Below, one piece after another: positions 25,205 to 38,029 of a stretch of 62,509 bases of DNA (positions within the stretch are counted from its first letter, which is position 1; each line of letters starts with the position of its first letter). The stretch comes from Chiloscyllium plagiosum (taxonomy: Eukaryota): contig NC_057719.1 in assembly GCF_004010195.1 (NCBI RefSeq), positions 88,685,245-88,747,753 of the forward strand, read 5' to 3'. A program made the translations under genes and the position numbers. The notes below the pieces were generated by a model. The model saw only the letters and a program-made list of their open reading frames with translations, made no database searches and had not been told where the DNA came from.

Positions 25205-25315
25205 TCTTGTAGTGCAATGGTGGTGTCTCTACCACTTGTCAGCAGGGCTAGGTTCAAGTTCCAACTGCTCCAGTGATGTGTAATAACATCTCTGAACAGA
25301 TTGATTAGAAAAATA
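25205..25315 (+). mobile_element. Short tRNA-derived SINE remnant
   Basis: TAGTGCAATGG...GGTTCAAGTTCC boxes; inverse copy at 2130-2248. Confidence 0.5.
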
Positions 25316-25399
25316 ACTAAACCATAGCACAGTAAAGCAGATCAGAATTCAACCCACTCAGGCCTCCACATGTGCAACAGCCATCAATGGACGTGGGTC

Positions 25400-25845
25400 A
25401 TTCATAGTGTTATACAGGACAAAAATAGACCCTTCATGCAGACTAGACTTCCCAGTCTGACCTAGTCCCACTTGCCGGCATTTGGCCCATAACCCTCTAA
25501 TCCCTTCCGATTCATATACCATCCAGATGCTTTTTAAGTATTGTAATTGTCCCCGCTTCTACCACTTCCTCTGGTAACTCATCCTAAATATGCACCACCC
25601 TCTGTGTGAAAAAGTGACCGCTCAGGTCGTTTTTAAATCTTTCCCCTCTCAGCTTAAACCTATACCCTCTTATTTTGAACTCCCCAACCCTGCGGAAAAG
25701 ACCTTGGCTATTCACCCTGTCCATGCCCTCATGATTTTATAAACCTCTATAAGGTCCCCCCTCGGCCTCTGATGCTCCAGGGGAAAAAGGCCACAGCCTA
25801 TTCAGCCTTTTCCTAGAACTCAAACCTTCCAGTCCCAGCAACACC
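25400..25845 (-). mobile_element. CR1 3' fragment
   Basis: Similar to 58826-59290. Confidence 0.8.
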
Positions 25846-25945
25846 CCAAGTTTAACAACATTCTTCCGGGAGAAAGGAAACCCAAATTTACATATTGCCG
25901 ATTTTTACCCCTCCAATCACAGTTAGACCAAAAAACAGATTAAAA

Positions 25946-27146
25946 AGGTAAAAACAATGACTGCAGATGCTGGAAACCAGATTCTGGATCAGTGGTGCTG
26001 GAAGAGCACAGCAATTCAGGCAGCATCCGAAGACAGGCAAAATCGACGTTTTGGGCAAAAGCCCTTCATCAGGAATAAAGGCAGAGAGCCTGAAGCGTGG
26101 AGAGATAAGCTAGAGGAGGGTGGGGGTGGGGAGAGAGTAGCATAGAGTAGTCAGTGGGGAAGGAGATGAAGGTGATAGGTCAGGGAGGAGAGGGTGGAGT
26201 GGATAGGTGGAAAAGGAGCTGGGCAGGTCGGACAAGTCCGGACAGGTCAGGGATCGAGTTGCTGGAGGTTAGAAGCTAGGATGAGGTGGGGGAAGGGGAA
26301 ATGAGAAAACTGTTGAAATCCACATTGATGCCCTGGGGGTGAAGTGTACCGAGGCGGAAGATGAGGCGTTCTTCCTCCAGGCGCCACCGCAGGAACTGTA
26401 AAACCTGCACCCACACCTCCTCCCTCACCTCTATCCAAGGCCCCAAAGGAGCTTTCCACATCCATCAAAGTTTTACCTGCACATCCACTAATATCATCTA
26501 TTGTATCCGTTGCTCCCGATGCGGTCTCCTCTACATTGGGGAGACTGGACGCCTCCTAGCAGAGCGCTTTAGGGAACATCTCCGAGACACCCGCACCAAT
26601 CAACCAAACCGCCCCATGGCCCAACATTTCAACTCCCCCTCCCACTCTACCGAGGACATGGAGGTCCTGGGCCTCCTTCACCGCCGCTCCCTCACCACCA
26701 GACACCTGGAGGAAGAACGCCTCATCTTCCGCCTCAGAACACTTCAACCCCAGGGCATCAATATGGATTTCAACAGTTTCCTCATTTCCCCTTCACCCAC
26801 CTCATCCTAGCTTCTAACCTCCAGAAACTCGATACCCTGACCTGTCCGGACTTGTCCGACCTGCCCAGCTCCTTTTCCACCTATCCACTCCACCCTCTCC
26901 TCCCTGACCTATCACCTTCATCTCCTTCCCCACTGACCTATTGTACTCTATGCCACTCTCTCCCACCCCCACCCTCCTCTAGCTTATCTCTCCACGCTTC
27001 AGGCTCTCTGCCTTTATTCCTGATGAAGGGCTTTTGCCCGAAACGTCGATTTTGCCTGTCCTCGGATGCTGCCTGAATTGCTGTGCTATTCCAGCACCAC
27101 TGATCCAGAATCTGGTTACCAGCATCTGCAGTCATTGTTTTTACCT
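25946..27146. mobile_element. Penelope-like element with ~430-bp inverted arms around a GIY-YIG fragment
   Basis: IIYCIRCSRCGLLYIGETGRLLAERFREH at 26361-26810; 25946-26380 is the reverse complement of ~26710-27146. Confidence 0.9.
27016..27051 (+). ncRNA. Minimal type-I hammerhead motif
   Basis: ATTC-CTGATGA-A-GGGC-TTTT-GCCC-GAAA-CG-TC^GATT. Identical copies at 28707-28742 (+) and 30463-30498 (-). Confidence 0.7.
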
Positions 27147-27499
27147 CAAACATGAGCTATCATAGTTATGCATTTAAACAATTTAAAGCTGAAGAATAGA
27201 ATATCCTTTATTGTCATGTGTACTCCGTTGTCGAAATACAGTGAAAAGCTTTTACAATGGCTGCCTCTCCTAGATCATTTTAGGTTGCAAGTACATAGGT
27301 ACAAGCTGCATGGACATTGCAGTCGGAATATATTTACAATTGGGAGAAATGAAATGGCAGAAGATTGAACACATATTTTGGTTCTGTGTTCACAAAACAG
27401 GACATGTACAGTAATTTCCCAGAAACATTCAGGAACTAAAGCTCTAGTGAAAAGGAGGGATTGAAGATAATCATTTCTGTTTTAAAAAGTGATTTAAGA

Positions 27500-28670
27500 C
27501 AGAGGTCAAGACTGACAAATCACCAAGTCTGATAATGTACATCTCAGTGTGCTAAAGGATGTGGCTCTGGAAATATTGGATGCATTCATGATCATCTTCT
27601 CAACTTCTATAGACTGGAGTAGTTCCTACAGATTGAAGGGTGTTAAATGTGACCACACTATTTACAAAAGAAGTGAGAGGTTAAAAACAGAATTACAAAT
27701 CAATTAGCCTAATATTAGTAAATGGGGAAAACATTAAAGTTTGTGACAAAATATGCAATGCATTTGGAAAGTGTTAATGGGATTAGTCAAAGCAGTATGG
27801 GTTTATAAAAGGAAAGACATGCTTAACAAATCTGCTGGAATTACCTGAGTAGCTAATTAGCTAATAGAAGAGAGAGATAAAGGACAACTAGTGGCTATTT
27901 GAATTTCAAGAAGGCTTTTGATGTGGTTCCACATAAGAGTCAAGTGGATAAAATTAAAGCATATGAGGTTGGGGGCTAATGTACTGACAAAGACAGAGAA
28001 ACGGTTGTCATATGGGAAACAAAGAGTTGGAATAAATGGATTATTTTTCTGGTGACAGGCAGAATACATACAAATGATTTGGAAGAGGGAATCAAATACA
28101 GAGGAACCTCGATTATCCAGCATTTGATTAACCAAATTTCAGATTATCCAAAGGTGACCGCAAGGTCCCAATCAGTGGCTAACTATGGTATCCGGCATCG
28201 ATTATCTAGCATTCCATTAACTGAATGAGAAACTCCCCGTCCATGTCCTTCGGATAATTCAGGTTCTCTATACAATATGTCCAAATTTGCCTAGGACACA
28301 AAACTAGGTGGGATTATGAGCTGTGTGCAAAATGCGAGGAGATTTCAGGGTGATATAAGCAAGGTGAACAAGCGGGCAAACACACGGCACATGTAGTTAC
28401 GTACTTTAGTATGAGAAACAGGCAGAGTTTCATTTAAATAATGATGTATTGAGAAATGTGAATGTACAAAGGGATCTGGATGTCATTGTAAACCAGTCAA
28501 TGAAAGCAGGCAGACAGGTGCAGCAAGCAATAAGGCAGGCAAATGATACATTGGCCTCCATTGCAAAAAAAAGATCTAGTTCAGAATCAAGGATATCTTA
28601 TTGCAGTTATACTGGGCCTTGGTAAAACTTCACCTGGACCACTGTGTGAATTTTTCATCTCCTTACCTAA
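27500..28670 (+). mobile_element. Highly decayed CR1 RT region
   Basis: DKSP, NYKSISL, CLTNLLE and FQ(K)AFDVVPH-like remnants. Confidence 0.7.
28099..28270. mobile_element. MITE (Tc1/mariner-pogo type) nested in CR1
   Basis: TA flanks, left TIR CAGAGGAACCTCGATTATCC and a decayed right TIR; opposite-orientation relative of 50533-50706. Confidence 0.75.
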
Positions 28671-28677
28671 AAGAGAA

Positions 28678-28797
28678 TCTCTCCACGCTTCAGGCTCTCT
28701 GCCTTTATTCCTGATGAAGGGCTTTTGCCCGAAACGTCGATTTTGCCTGTCCTCGGATGCTACCTGAATTGCTGTGCTCTTCCAGCACCACTGATCC
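28678..28797 (+). mobile_element. PLE terminal arm lacking the last ~38 nt
   Basis: Near-identical to 26986-27107. Confidence 0.85.
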
Positions 28798-29314
28798 AAA
28801 AAACAGATTATCCCACTCAGTGTGCCCCAAAACGTCTCGGACCTGGTTTGCATCTTAAATTCTCTCATGTTTAATTTATTCTGATAGTGAGAAAAGTCGG
28901 AGGCACATCACAACAGAATTTACATCCAATTCAAGCTGTCAGAGCTCTTTTTGCCTGATTTCTCCACTGTTCTCCTCCTTACACATTGATCCATGTTAGT
29001 TTTCACCTGGTGATTTTTAACTTCACAAGTGAGGTACAGCAAACAATGGTAACTGTGGAGAGTCTACAACAGAGTGCATGAGCCTGCTCCAAGCTTTGTT
29101 CAGTTGGACACTGGTGTCCGCTTATAGAAAGAATAATTATTGAGATACTGGCAGAAATCTGCAGCATACTAACAGGCCTCCCATTCACAATGTTCAAAAT
29201 TATACCTTAAACATGACAACAGATCCTTAGTCACAGCTTTACTGTTCATTGCAATTGTATCACTGATCTGTACAAAACTGCTCTCCAATAACTGACACTA
29301 TATCCTAAACATGC

Positions 29315-29675
29315 TCATCATTTTGAGGGAAGAAGTTTCTCTTCATCTCAGTCCTCAATGGCCTCATATCCTTAAATTGTTTGATCCCTGGTTTCTTAAT
29401 TCCTAGTCAGTGGCAACAACCCTTCCATATTTATCATGTCTAGACCGATTGGAATTTTGTAGGTTTCCCCCCTCAATTTGTGAAATTTCAGTGAATGTAA
29501 TCTTAACCAATCCAATCTCTATTCATATAACAGTCCTGCCATTCCAGGAATCAGTCGGGTAAACCTTTGCTGCACTGCCTCCATAACTAGGACATTGTTC
29601 TTCCAATAAGAGACCAAAACTGAGCATAATATTCGAGGTGTGGTCACACCAAGGCCCTGTGCTATCGCAGCAAGA
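29315..29675 (-). mobile_element. Decayed CR1 fragment
   Basis: Antisense LV-PHLEY-QFWS-like region. Confidence 0.65.
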
Positions 29676-29683
29676 CACACCTG

Positions 29684-31519
29684 GGTCCTCAACCGGGACC
29701 TTGGGTTGATGTCACACTACAGGTGACCCCATTGCACTATACACACACAGACACACACACTCAGACCCTCTCTCGTACACTCACACATACACTCCCACAC
29801 AACCTCTCACACACTGAAACCCCTTTACATTCTCACTCACACACATATACACACCCTCTCACAGACACTCATAACTTCCCCGACCACACCCCCCTACCCC
29901 CGTCACACACACATAACCCACAGGCACAAGTTTGTGGGGTGAATTTATACTTACATTATACTTTGCTCAAAAACTGCATGAATCCATGTAAGCTTCTGTA
30001 AATCTGTTTCTTAGATTCCATGTAAGATTCTGTAAATCTGTTTCTTAGATTAGAATCAGTCTGACCATTGCAGCACAGACAGCCTCACAGGGAGTTAACA
30101 CGTTCAATACCTTATCTGGGCTGACATGACACCAATTGTTAAAGTGTACTCGAGAACGTAGCTTTTCAAAAATGCTTTGCAATTTATATATTAAAGAACT
30201 GAAACCAACCTGGTCATTCTAAAAGATGAGGTACTTAACAAACAATCCGGGTCTTTTTCAATATATAATTTCAGTTACATCACACTATAAATCTTTGCTA
30301 TAAATTCTGTGTCTTACAACCTTATTCTCCACAATCACCTGATGAAGGAGCAGCGCTCCGAAAGCTAGTGCTGCAAAATAAACCTGTTAGACTATAAACT
30401 AGTGTTTGGATTAGTGGTGCTGGAAGAGCACAGCAGTTCAAGCAGCATCCAAGGAGCTTCGAAATCGACGTTTCGGGCAAAAGCCCTTCATCAGGAATAA
30501 AGGCAGTGAGCCTGGAGTGTGGGGAGATAAGCTAGAGGAGGGGGGGGGTGGGGAGAAAGTAGCATAGAGTACAATGGGTAAGTGGGGGAGGGGAAGAAGG
30601 TGATAGGTCAGGGAGGAGAGGGTGGAGTGGATAGGTGGAAAGGCAGGTCGGACAAGTCATGGGGACAGTGCTGAGCTGGAAGTTTAGAACTAGGGTGAGG
30701 TGGGTGAAGGGGAAATGAGGAAACTGTTGAAGTCCACATGAGATGTTCCCTAAAGCGCTCTGCTAGGAGGCGCCCAGTCACCCCAATGTAGAGGAGACCA
30801 CATCAGGAGCAACGGATACAATACAATACATTAGTGGATGTGCAAGTAAAACTTTGATGGATGTGGAAGGCTCCTTTAGGGCCTTGGATAGAGGTGAGGG
30901 AGGAGGTGTGGGCGCAGGTTTTACAGTTCCTGTGGTGGCAGGGGTAAGTGCCAGGATGGGAGGCTGGGTTGTAGGGGTGTATGGACCTGACCAGGTAGTC
31001 ACGGAGGGAATGGTCTTTGCGGAAGGCGGAAAGGGGTGGGGAGAGAAATATATCCCTGGTGGTGGGGTCTGTTTGGAGGTGGCGGAAATGTCAGCGGATG
31101 ATTTGGTTTATGCGAAGGTTGGTAGGGTGGAAGGTGAGCACCAGGGGCGTTCTGTCCTTGTTATGGTTGGAGGGGTGGGGAACGCCCCTGGTGCTCACTT
31201 GTCCTACCTGCCTATCTCTTTTTCCACCTTCATCCCCTCCCCCACTCACCCATTTTACTCTATGCGACTTTCTCCCCACCTCCACCCTCCTCTAGCTTAT
31301 CTCTCCATGCTCCAGGCTCACTGCCTTTATTATCGCTTTTGCCCGAAACGTCGATTTCGAAGCTCCTTGGATGCTGCCTGAACTGCTGTGCTCTTCCAGC
31401 ACCACTAATCCAGACTCTGGTTTCCAGCATCTGCAGTCATTGTTTTTACCCTATAAACTAGTGTTGTGTGATTTTTAACTTTGAACACCCCAGTCCAACA
31501 CCGGCATCTCCAAATCATG
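29684..31519 (+). mobile_element. PLE 3' part (same family as 7420-8283), interrupted by a second PLE at 30407-31450
   Basis: Colinear with 7625-8285; CA-rich tract; hammerhead at 30336-30370. Confidence 0.8.
30407..31450. mobile_element. Nested fold-back PLE
   Basis: Perfect 15-bp TSD CTATAAACTAGTGTT at 30392-30406 and 31451-31465; inverted arms; antisense GIY-YIG remnant. Confidence 0.85.
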
Positions 31520-33175
31520 ACTGCGTTTAAACACACGTAATAGCAGAACTGACTGTACTTCATCTGCCATGCATTTTCCCACTCACTCAATATGTCTAAA
31601 TCTGAATGAAGCATCCCTCTACCATGCCCCACTCACCTGCCCAGAACCTGCAGTTAGGCTGCTAGACAACATGCGTGACAACTACCCCAGTGATGACAGA
31701 ATACCAATTGAAGAGTGCAGGCAACACATCTCATGTGCCAGCCTGCCCTCAGAATGTGGGGCACAAAATTTCAGTTTATAACTCTCTCCAATTTTAAGTA
31801 CTTTGCCATTAGTTGCCCCATCTTCAGATGACAATGCCTATAATCTCTGGAATTCATTCAGTAAACCTGCCACAGTTGACCTCTTTCCTCCTTCATGTGC
31901 TCTGTAAATACTTGCCTCTTTAACTATGTTTTTAGTTATCAGTTTTCCTATCTCCTTATGTAATTCCGTATGAAGTTTTGTTGAATACCTTTCTTTTGAA
32001 TCACTGTAGAATGCTTTACAACATTAGAGGGCTATCACCGGATAAAAACCCAACTAAATCTCTAACTGGACCAAATGAAATGTGACATTTGTGGTGGCAC
32101 AAGCTATATGTTATGCGACAGCAAAGCCTCAAGAAGGAATGAGAATCCCTGAATAATCACCTTTGTGTATCTCCACTGACCTGTACATATGAAGGACCTC
32201 AAAAACAACAGAAAGGGATATGAATTAGCTGAGAAAAAAATGTTCTTAACAATCACAGAACTCCATCTTCTCAGATCAGATATGGGTAAAATAAAGTCAG
32301 CATATGGGTTAAGAATATATTTAATTTTATCACCAGCCATCTATGAGTTCAGAGTACCTCTATCATTGATTACGAAAGATGTAAATGTGTCCCTTATCAC
32401 CAGAGAATCCTTACTGCAGCCAGACTTTATGTAGCATGGGGCCTTCAAGTTTCATCCTTAACACCACCCCATCCGACACACTGCGCTTCTCTTTTCCAAA
32501 ATAGGATTTTTAAAAAAGGCTAGCAAGCAAGTGAAAGTCAGGAATTCATCTGTTGGATACAGTGCAATCAATGAGCTTGGCTATGAAACAAATGCAGTGC
32601 ATATGGACTGAGATTAGACTTAGACAGCAATACATAATGAGGAGTGAAGTAATGCAAAGAAAATGAAGGACTGGGTAAAGCTGAAGCTTAATTGAGAATA
32701 GGAGTGATGTGTTTGAGAATGAGTTTAACAAAAAAAGAGAGGGCTGTAACATTAAAAACTGTAGCTGAATCAGTAAAGGAACACAATGCACTGTATATCT
32801 ATAATTACATAAATAACTTGTCTTTCGGTCCTATAGAAGGACTGCCATAATCTATGTTCAACAGCTGCAAAGACTAACTCAAGATGGAATTCTATAGGAG
32901 GAAAACTAAGCTGTAAATATACATTTTTTTTGCATAGGATATTGATTCCAACAAAATATTTCAGACACTAACGTGCTTTTACATATAGATCAATCATGAG
33001 AAAGTTCAAGAATTTATTTATTGATTGGAGAATTCAGTAACATATAAACTCCAACAAATCCAAAGATTATCACCTTGATGTGTAATTACAAAGATTACCA
33101 CTATTTAATTCAAGCAACCCATCTCCAGTTGTATAATTTTTAATTAGTATGTACTACACAATTTTAAACACTGAC

Positions 33176-33228
33176 CTTTTCTTTTATGAAAACCAAGCTC
33201 ATTTTCCACAGCAAAATCTTCTCGAAAC
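33176..33228 (-). CDS. CCDC9B: 53-bp internal exon of the same gene
   Basis: Acceptor TCTTTTCACAAG| and donor AAG|GTCAGT. First base G completes AT|G, giving ...TEDM-FREDFAVENELGFHKRK; phase 2 to 1. Absent from the ORF track. Confidence 0.75.
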
Positions 33229-33674
33229 CTTGTGAAAAGATAAAGAATTGATAAGAAAATGCAAGTTTGAAACATCTGCACTTTGGAATGATGTCATCTG
33301 GATGGAAGAAAATCTCATTTTACAAATTTATTAGTTTCATCTCAGTATGCAGGAAAAAAAAATTCTTCATAACTCAATGTTAAATGGTTTATTTTGTTAA
33401 GATTTATAAAATATATTCTAAACCTAATCAATGCTGGAAAACTGAAATTTAATATCAAGATTGAGATGAATTTTGTAAAGGCAATGAAAGTCATGATCTA
33501 CCAATGTAAATTTACAGGGTTATGCAACTAGCCTCCGAATTGCCATTTTTGGAAATTATGAAGCTCTTAAAGGTTGGCAAATTGTACTCATGCCTCAGGA
33601 ACACATATCTGACCAAGTGCACTGGACAGCATATGGGAAAAACTTTCAAACGTATGCATAACTAATATCAGATA

Positions 33675-33880
33675 TGATGTGGAGGTGCTCGTGTTGGACT
33701 GGAATGGACAAAGTTGTAAAAAACCACACAACTGATTATGTTTGTTCAATATATTGTATCAGTTGCATGCATAACACTATGATCTTTTGCTATAAATTCT
33801 GTGTCTTATGATTTTGCTCCACAGCTATTTGATGAAAGAAAGCTAGTTCTTCCAAATAAACCTGGTGTTGTGTGATTTTT
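33675..33880. mobile_element. Old short fold-back PLE (7420-8283 family)
   Basis: 15-bp TSD AACTAAYATCAGATA at 33660-33674 and 33881-33895. Confidence 0.7.
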
Positions 33881-34573
33881 AACTAACATCAGATAGCCAC
33901 ATGGAGAGCAGGTAGAAAACGGTACTCATTGATGTACAACACTGATTGAACACCAATGCTGCTATTTTATAAGCCCACACTCCAAACTGACAGAGCTGCG
34001 TGCTACATCAAGCTGCGTGAAGAACAACTCTTCTTAAACCTTCTGCCATCAACTCTTTCTACCGCAACTACCTGCAGGTTAATTGTTGGTTTATTTCTTC
34101 GAACTATTGCTTCAATCTTACACATTATAGAGTCTCCTACAACTGTTTAAAGTATCAGTAGTCTATACGGAATGAAGGAACATTTCTGCAGACTTTAAGA
34201 TTACCGCACAAACCATTTGCACATAGGTGATCGAGAAGACTTTCTAGAATTCAACATGAGTGGGAGAGTGAGCAGAGTCAATGTGGGGTTCAGTGGCACA
34301 GACACAACTTGAGGGAAGAGCAAGAAATCTTATCCACAGAGGATGATTAAGGAACTAATTAAATTCCTAACTGAATTTCAGCAAAAACTCATGTTGAAAG
34401 TATGTGCCCTTTACTAACAAAGCTACTCAACCTCTTTTACCTTTCTTCCTATACTTCCAAAATGTCAAATATGTGTGAATGTGTATAAAGGACAAGCAAA
34501 GCCGCTAGAAATAATCTCAGTTCCAAGGACTGAAAGGTAGATTCAGTTTGGGTAGAGATAAGAAATAGCAAGG

Positions 34574-34786
34574 TTGAAACTTTATTGCTGGAACAGCACA
34601 GCAGGTCAGGCAGCATCCAGGGAACAGGAGATTCGACGTTTCGGGCACAGGCCCTTCTTCCTGAAGAAGGGCCTGTGCCCGAAACGTCGAATCTCCTGTT
34701 CCCTGGATGCTGCCTGACCTGCTGTGCTGTTCCAGCAATAAAGTTTCAACTTTGATCTCCAGCATCTGCAGACCTCACTTTCTCCC
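34574..34786. mobile_element. 213-bp fold-back PLE with hammerhead at 34657-34692
   Basis: Perfect 16-bp TSD ATAAGAAATAGCAAGG at 34558-34573 and 34787-34802; ~85-bp perfect inverted arms. Confidence 0.9.
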
Positions 34787-34954
34787 ATAAGAAATAGCAA
34801 GGAAGGCAAGGATTGGAGCAGTTTGTAGGCCCCGACAGTAGCTACACAGTGGGACTAGGCATCGCTGGTGAGACCATTGTACATCCCTTATTGCCGGACG
34901 TGCAGTCAAAATTGCTTTATTTGCCGACTCATAAAAATTAACAGCTGGAAGACT

Positions 34955-37410
34955 ATGCTGGAACTGTGTAAGACATTGGCTAGGCTACAGTTGGAGAATT
35001 ATGTGCAGTTCTAGAATCTATATTATACGAGGGATATGATTGCACTAGACAAGTTACTAAGATCTATTAGGATGTTGCCTAGCCTGGAGAGTTTTAGTTA
35101 TGAAGAGAGATTGGCTAGACTGGGGTTATATTTCTTAGAACAGAAGAAACTGAGGAGCGACAAGATTGTAATATATAAAATTAAGAGGGTCATGGATAGT
35201 GCATACAGGAAAGGACAGTAGTAAGGGAGGTTGTCTTGGAGGGTTTGTCTACTGAATCAAAATGGGTAGAAATCAGAAACAGGAAAGGAGCAGTCACGTT
35301 ATTGGGAATTTTCTATAGATCCTCCAATAGCAACAGAGACATAGGAGCAGATTGGGAGGCAGATTTTGCAAAGGTGCAAAGGGTTGTTGCCAATGGCTGA
35401 CTTCAACTGATTGATTGGAATCTTCTTTGTGCAAATATTTTGGATGAAGTAGATTTTGTCAGGAGTGTCCAGGAAGGATTCCTGACTCAATACGTAGATA
35501 GACCACGAGAGGGGAGGCAACGAACCAGACCAGGTGTCAGATCTCTCAGCGGGAGAGTATTTCGGTAACAGTGATCACAACTTCCTGATATTATAGTCGT
35601 GGAGAGGGATAGGAGCAGAAGGTATGGGAAAGTATTTAATTGGGGGAGGGGGAAATCACAATGCTGTTAGGCAGGAACTGTGCAGGTTACTACGGCAAGC
35701 AAGGGAAAAGATTGCAGCGCCTTTGGCAATTATCTTTGCATCCTCACTGTCTACTGGAGTAGTACCAGATGAATGGAGGGTGGCAAATGTTATTCTCTTA
35801 TTCAAGAAAGGGAATAGAGATAACCCTGGGAATTACAGACCCATCAGTCTTACATCAGTGGTGGGCAAATTATTCGAGAGGATTCTGGCAGATAGGATTT
35901 ATGATTATTTGGAAAAGCATAGCTTGATTAGGGGCAGTCAGCATGGCTTTGAGAGAGGCAGGACATGCCTCACAAGCCTTAATGAATTCTTTGAGGATGT
36001 GACAAAATACATTGATGAAGGTAGAGCAGTGGATGTGGTTTATATGGATTTTAGCAAGATGTTTGATAAAGTTCTCCATGGTAAGTTTATTCAGGAGGTA
36101 AGGAGGCATGGGATACAGGGAAATTTGGCTGCCTGAATACACAGTTGGCTAGCCTATAGAAGACAGAGGGTAGTAGTAGATGGAAAGTATTCAGCATGGA
36201 GCTTGGTGTTCCACAGGGATCGGTGCTGGGACCTCTGCTGTTTGTGATTTTTATAAATGACTTGGATGAGGAAGTGAAAGGATGGGTTAGTAAGTTTGCC
36301 GATGACACAAATGTTGATGGAGTTGTGGATAGTGTGGATGGCTGTTGTAGGTTGCAATGGTAGACTGACAGGATGCAGAACTGGGCTGAGAAGTGGCAGA
36401 TGGAGTTCAACTGAAAAAGTGTGGTGATTCATTTTGGAAGGTTGAATTTGAATGCAGATTACAGGGTTAAAGGCAAGATTCTTGGCCGTGTCAAGGAATA
36501 AGGAATCTTGTGGCCCACATCTATAGATTCCTCAAAGTTGCTATCCAAGTTGACAGTGTTGTTAAGAAGGCTTATGGTGTGTTGGCTTTCATGAACAGAG
36601 TTATAAAGTTCAGGAGCCATGAGGTAATGTTGCAGCTCTATAAAGCACCTGGTTAGACCACACTTGGAATATTGCGTTCAGTTCTGGTCACCTCATTACA
36701 AGAAGGATGTGGAAGCTTTAAAGACGGTGCAGAGGAGATTTACCAGGATGCTGCCTGGACTGGAGGGCATGTCTTATGAAGAAAGGTTGAGGGAGCTAGG
36801 GCTTTTCTCATTGGAGTGAAGAAGGATGAGAGGTGACTTGATAGAGGTGTATAAGATGATGAAAGGCATGGATAGATAGAGTAGATAGTCAGAGACATTT
36901 TCTTAGGGCAGAAATGGATATCACATGGGACATAATTTTAAGGTAATTGGAGGAAGGTTTAGGGGAGATGTCAGAGGTAAGATCTTTACACAGAGAGTGG
37001 TGGGTGCATGTGGGTACATTGCCAGTGTTGGTAGTACAATCAGACACATCAGGGACATTTAAGCAACACTGGGAAAGGCACATGGATGATAGCAAAATGA
37101 AGGGTATGTAAGTTAGTTTGATCTTAAGAGTAGGATAAAAGGTTGCCATAACATTGAGGGCTGAAGGGCCTGGACTGTGCTGTTTTATGTTCTAACCTGT
37201 CACCTTTGTGGACAGATCAGTGAAAGGGGATTTAAAGGGAAGAGGCAGGTGGTATACAGGAGATGTGAGGGAAAACCTTTTTACCCAGAGGATAGTGGGA
37301 ATCTAGAATTCTCTGCTTATGGTTGAGGGAGAAACGTTCATGACATTTAAGAAATATTTAGATGTGCGCTTGCGATGCTAAGGCATACAAGGCAAAGTGC
37401 TGGAAGATGT
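34955..37410 (+). mobile_element. Mosaic of CR1 fragments (endonuclease to 3' end, with deletions)
   Basis: WRVANVILLFKKG, NYRPISLTSVVGK, VYMDFSK, VPQGSVLGP and KFADD motifs; 3'UTR to ~37195. Confidence 0.9.
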
Positions 37411-38029
37411 TGTTTAAATACAGCTGGCACAGAAGACAGCTGCCAGGTGAATGGTGACATAGCCAAAGTGCTGGAAGATGGGATGTTACTGACTGCTATT
37501 TGAAGTGAGGCAGCTTCAGCTAACACTGAGAAGGTGAAGCAAGCACAAAGATTTGCATAATTTGCACGTTTCTTTGTCATACAGGAATTCAAATGACTAT
37601 ACAATACATCTTTGTGTGTGTCTCATGTCAAGTCTGCCATGCACTTGAATCAAAAGGGATTCCTTCCCTTGATGGAGATGCTGGGAGAGAACAGACACTA
37701 CATTATCCACGGTCTGTGTACATCACAGCATCTTGGTTATGTCACCATGTGCTAGCTGTATTTAACATGAGATTTCTGGTAGGCTTCCCAATGCACCATG
37801 CATTTGGATGTCTGCAATTATCAGACTTCTTGTGTAGTCTAATTCTTTGCTGTCATTATCGGAGTTTTCTATAGCAGAACTAGAGTGCAGCCTCACCCAC
37901 AGATGAGCAGGCACCTCAGTTATCCTTTCTTGCTGCCCTGGTAGCACCATACTTATGTCCAGTGTATCACCATGTGCACATCCCAGCTCTACATGATCTT
38001 TTAAAGTACATAAAGAGTCAATATCTGTT

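Noticed and set aside
29983..30051. 34-bp tandem duplication inside a PLE
   Set aside because: Ordinary local slippage duplication.
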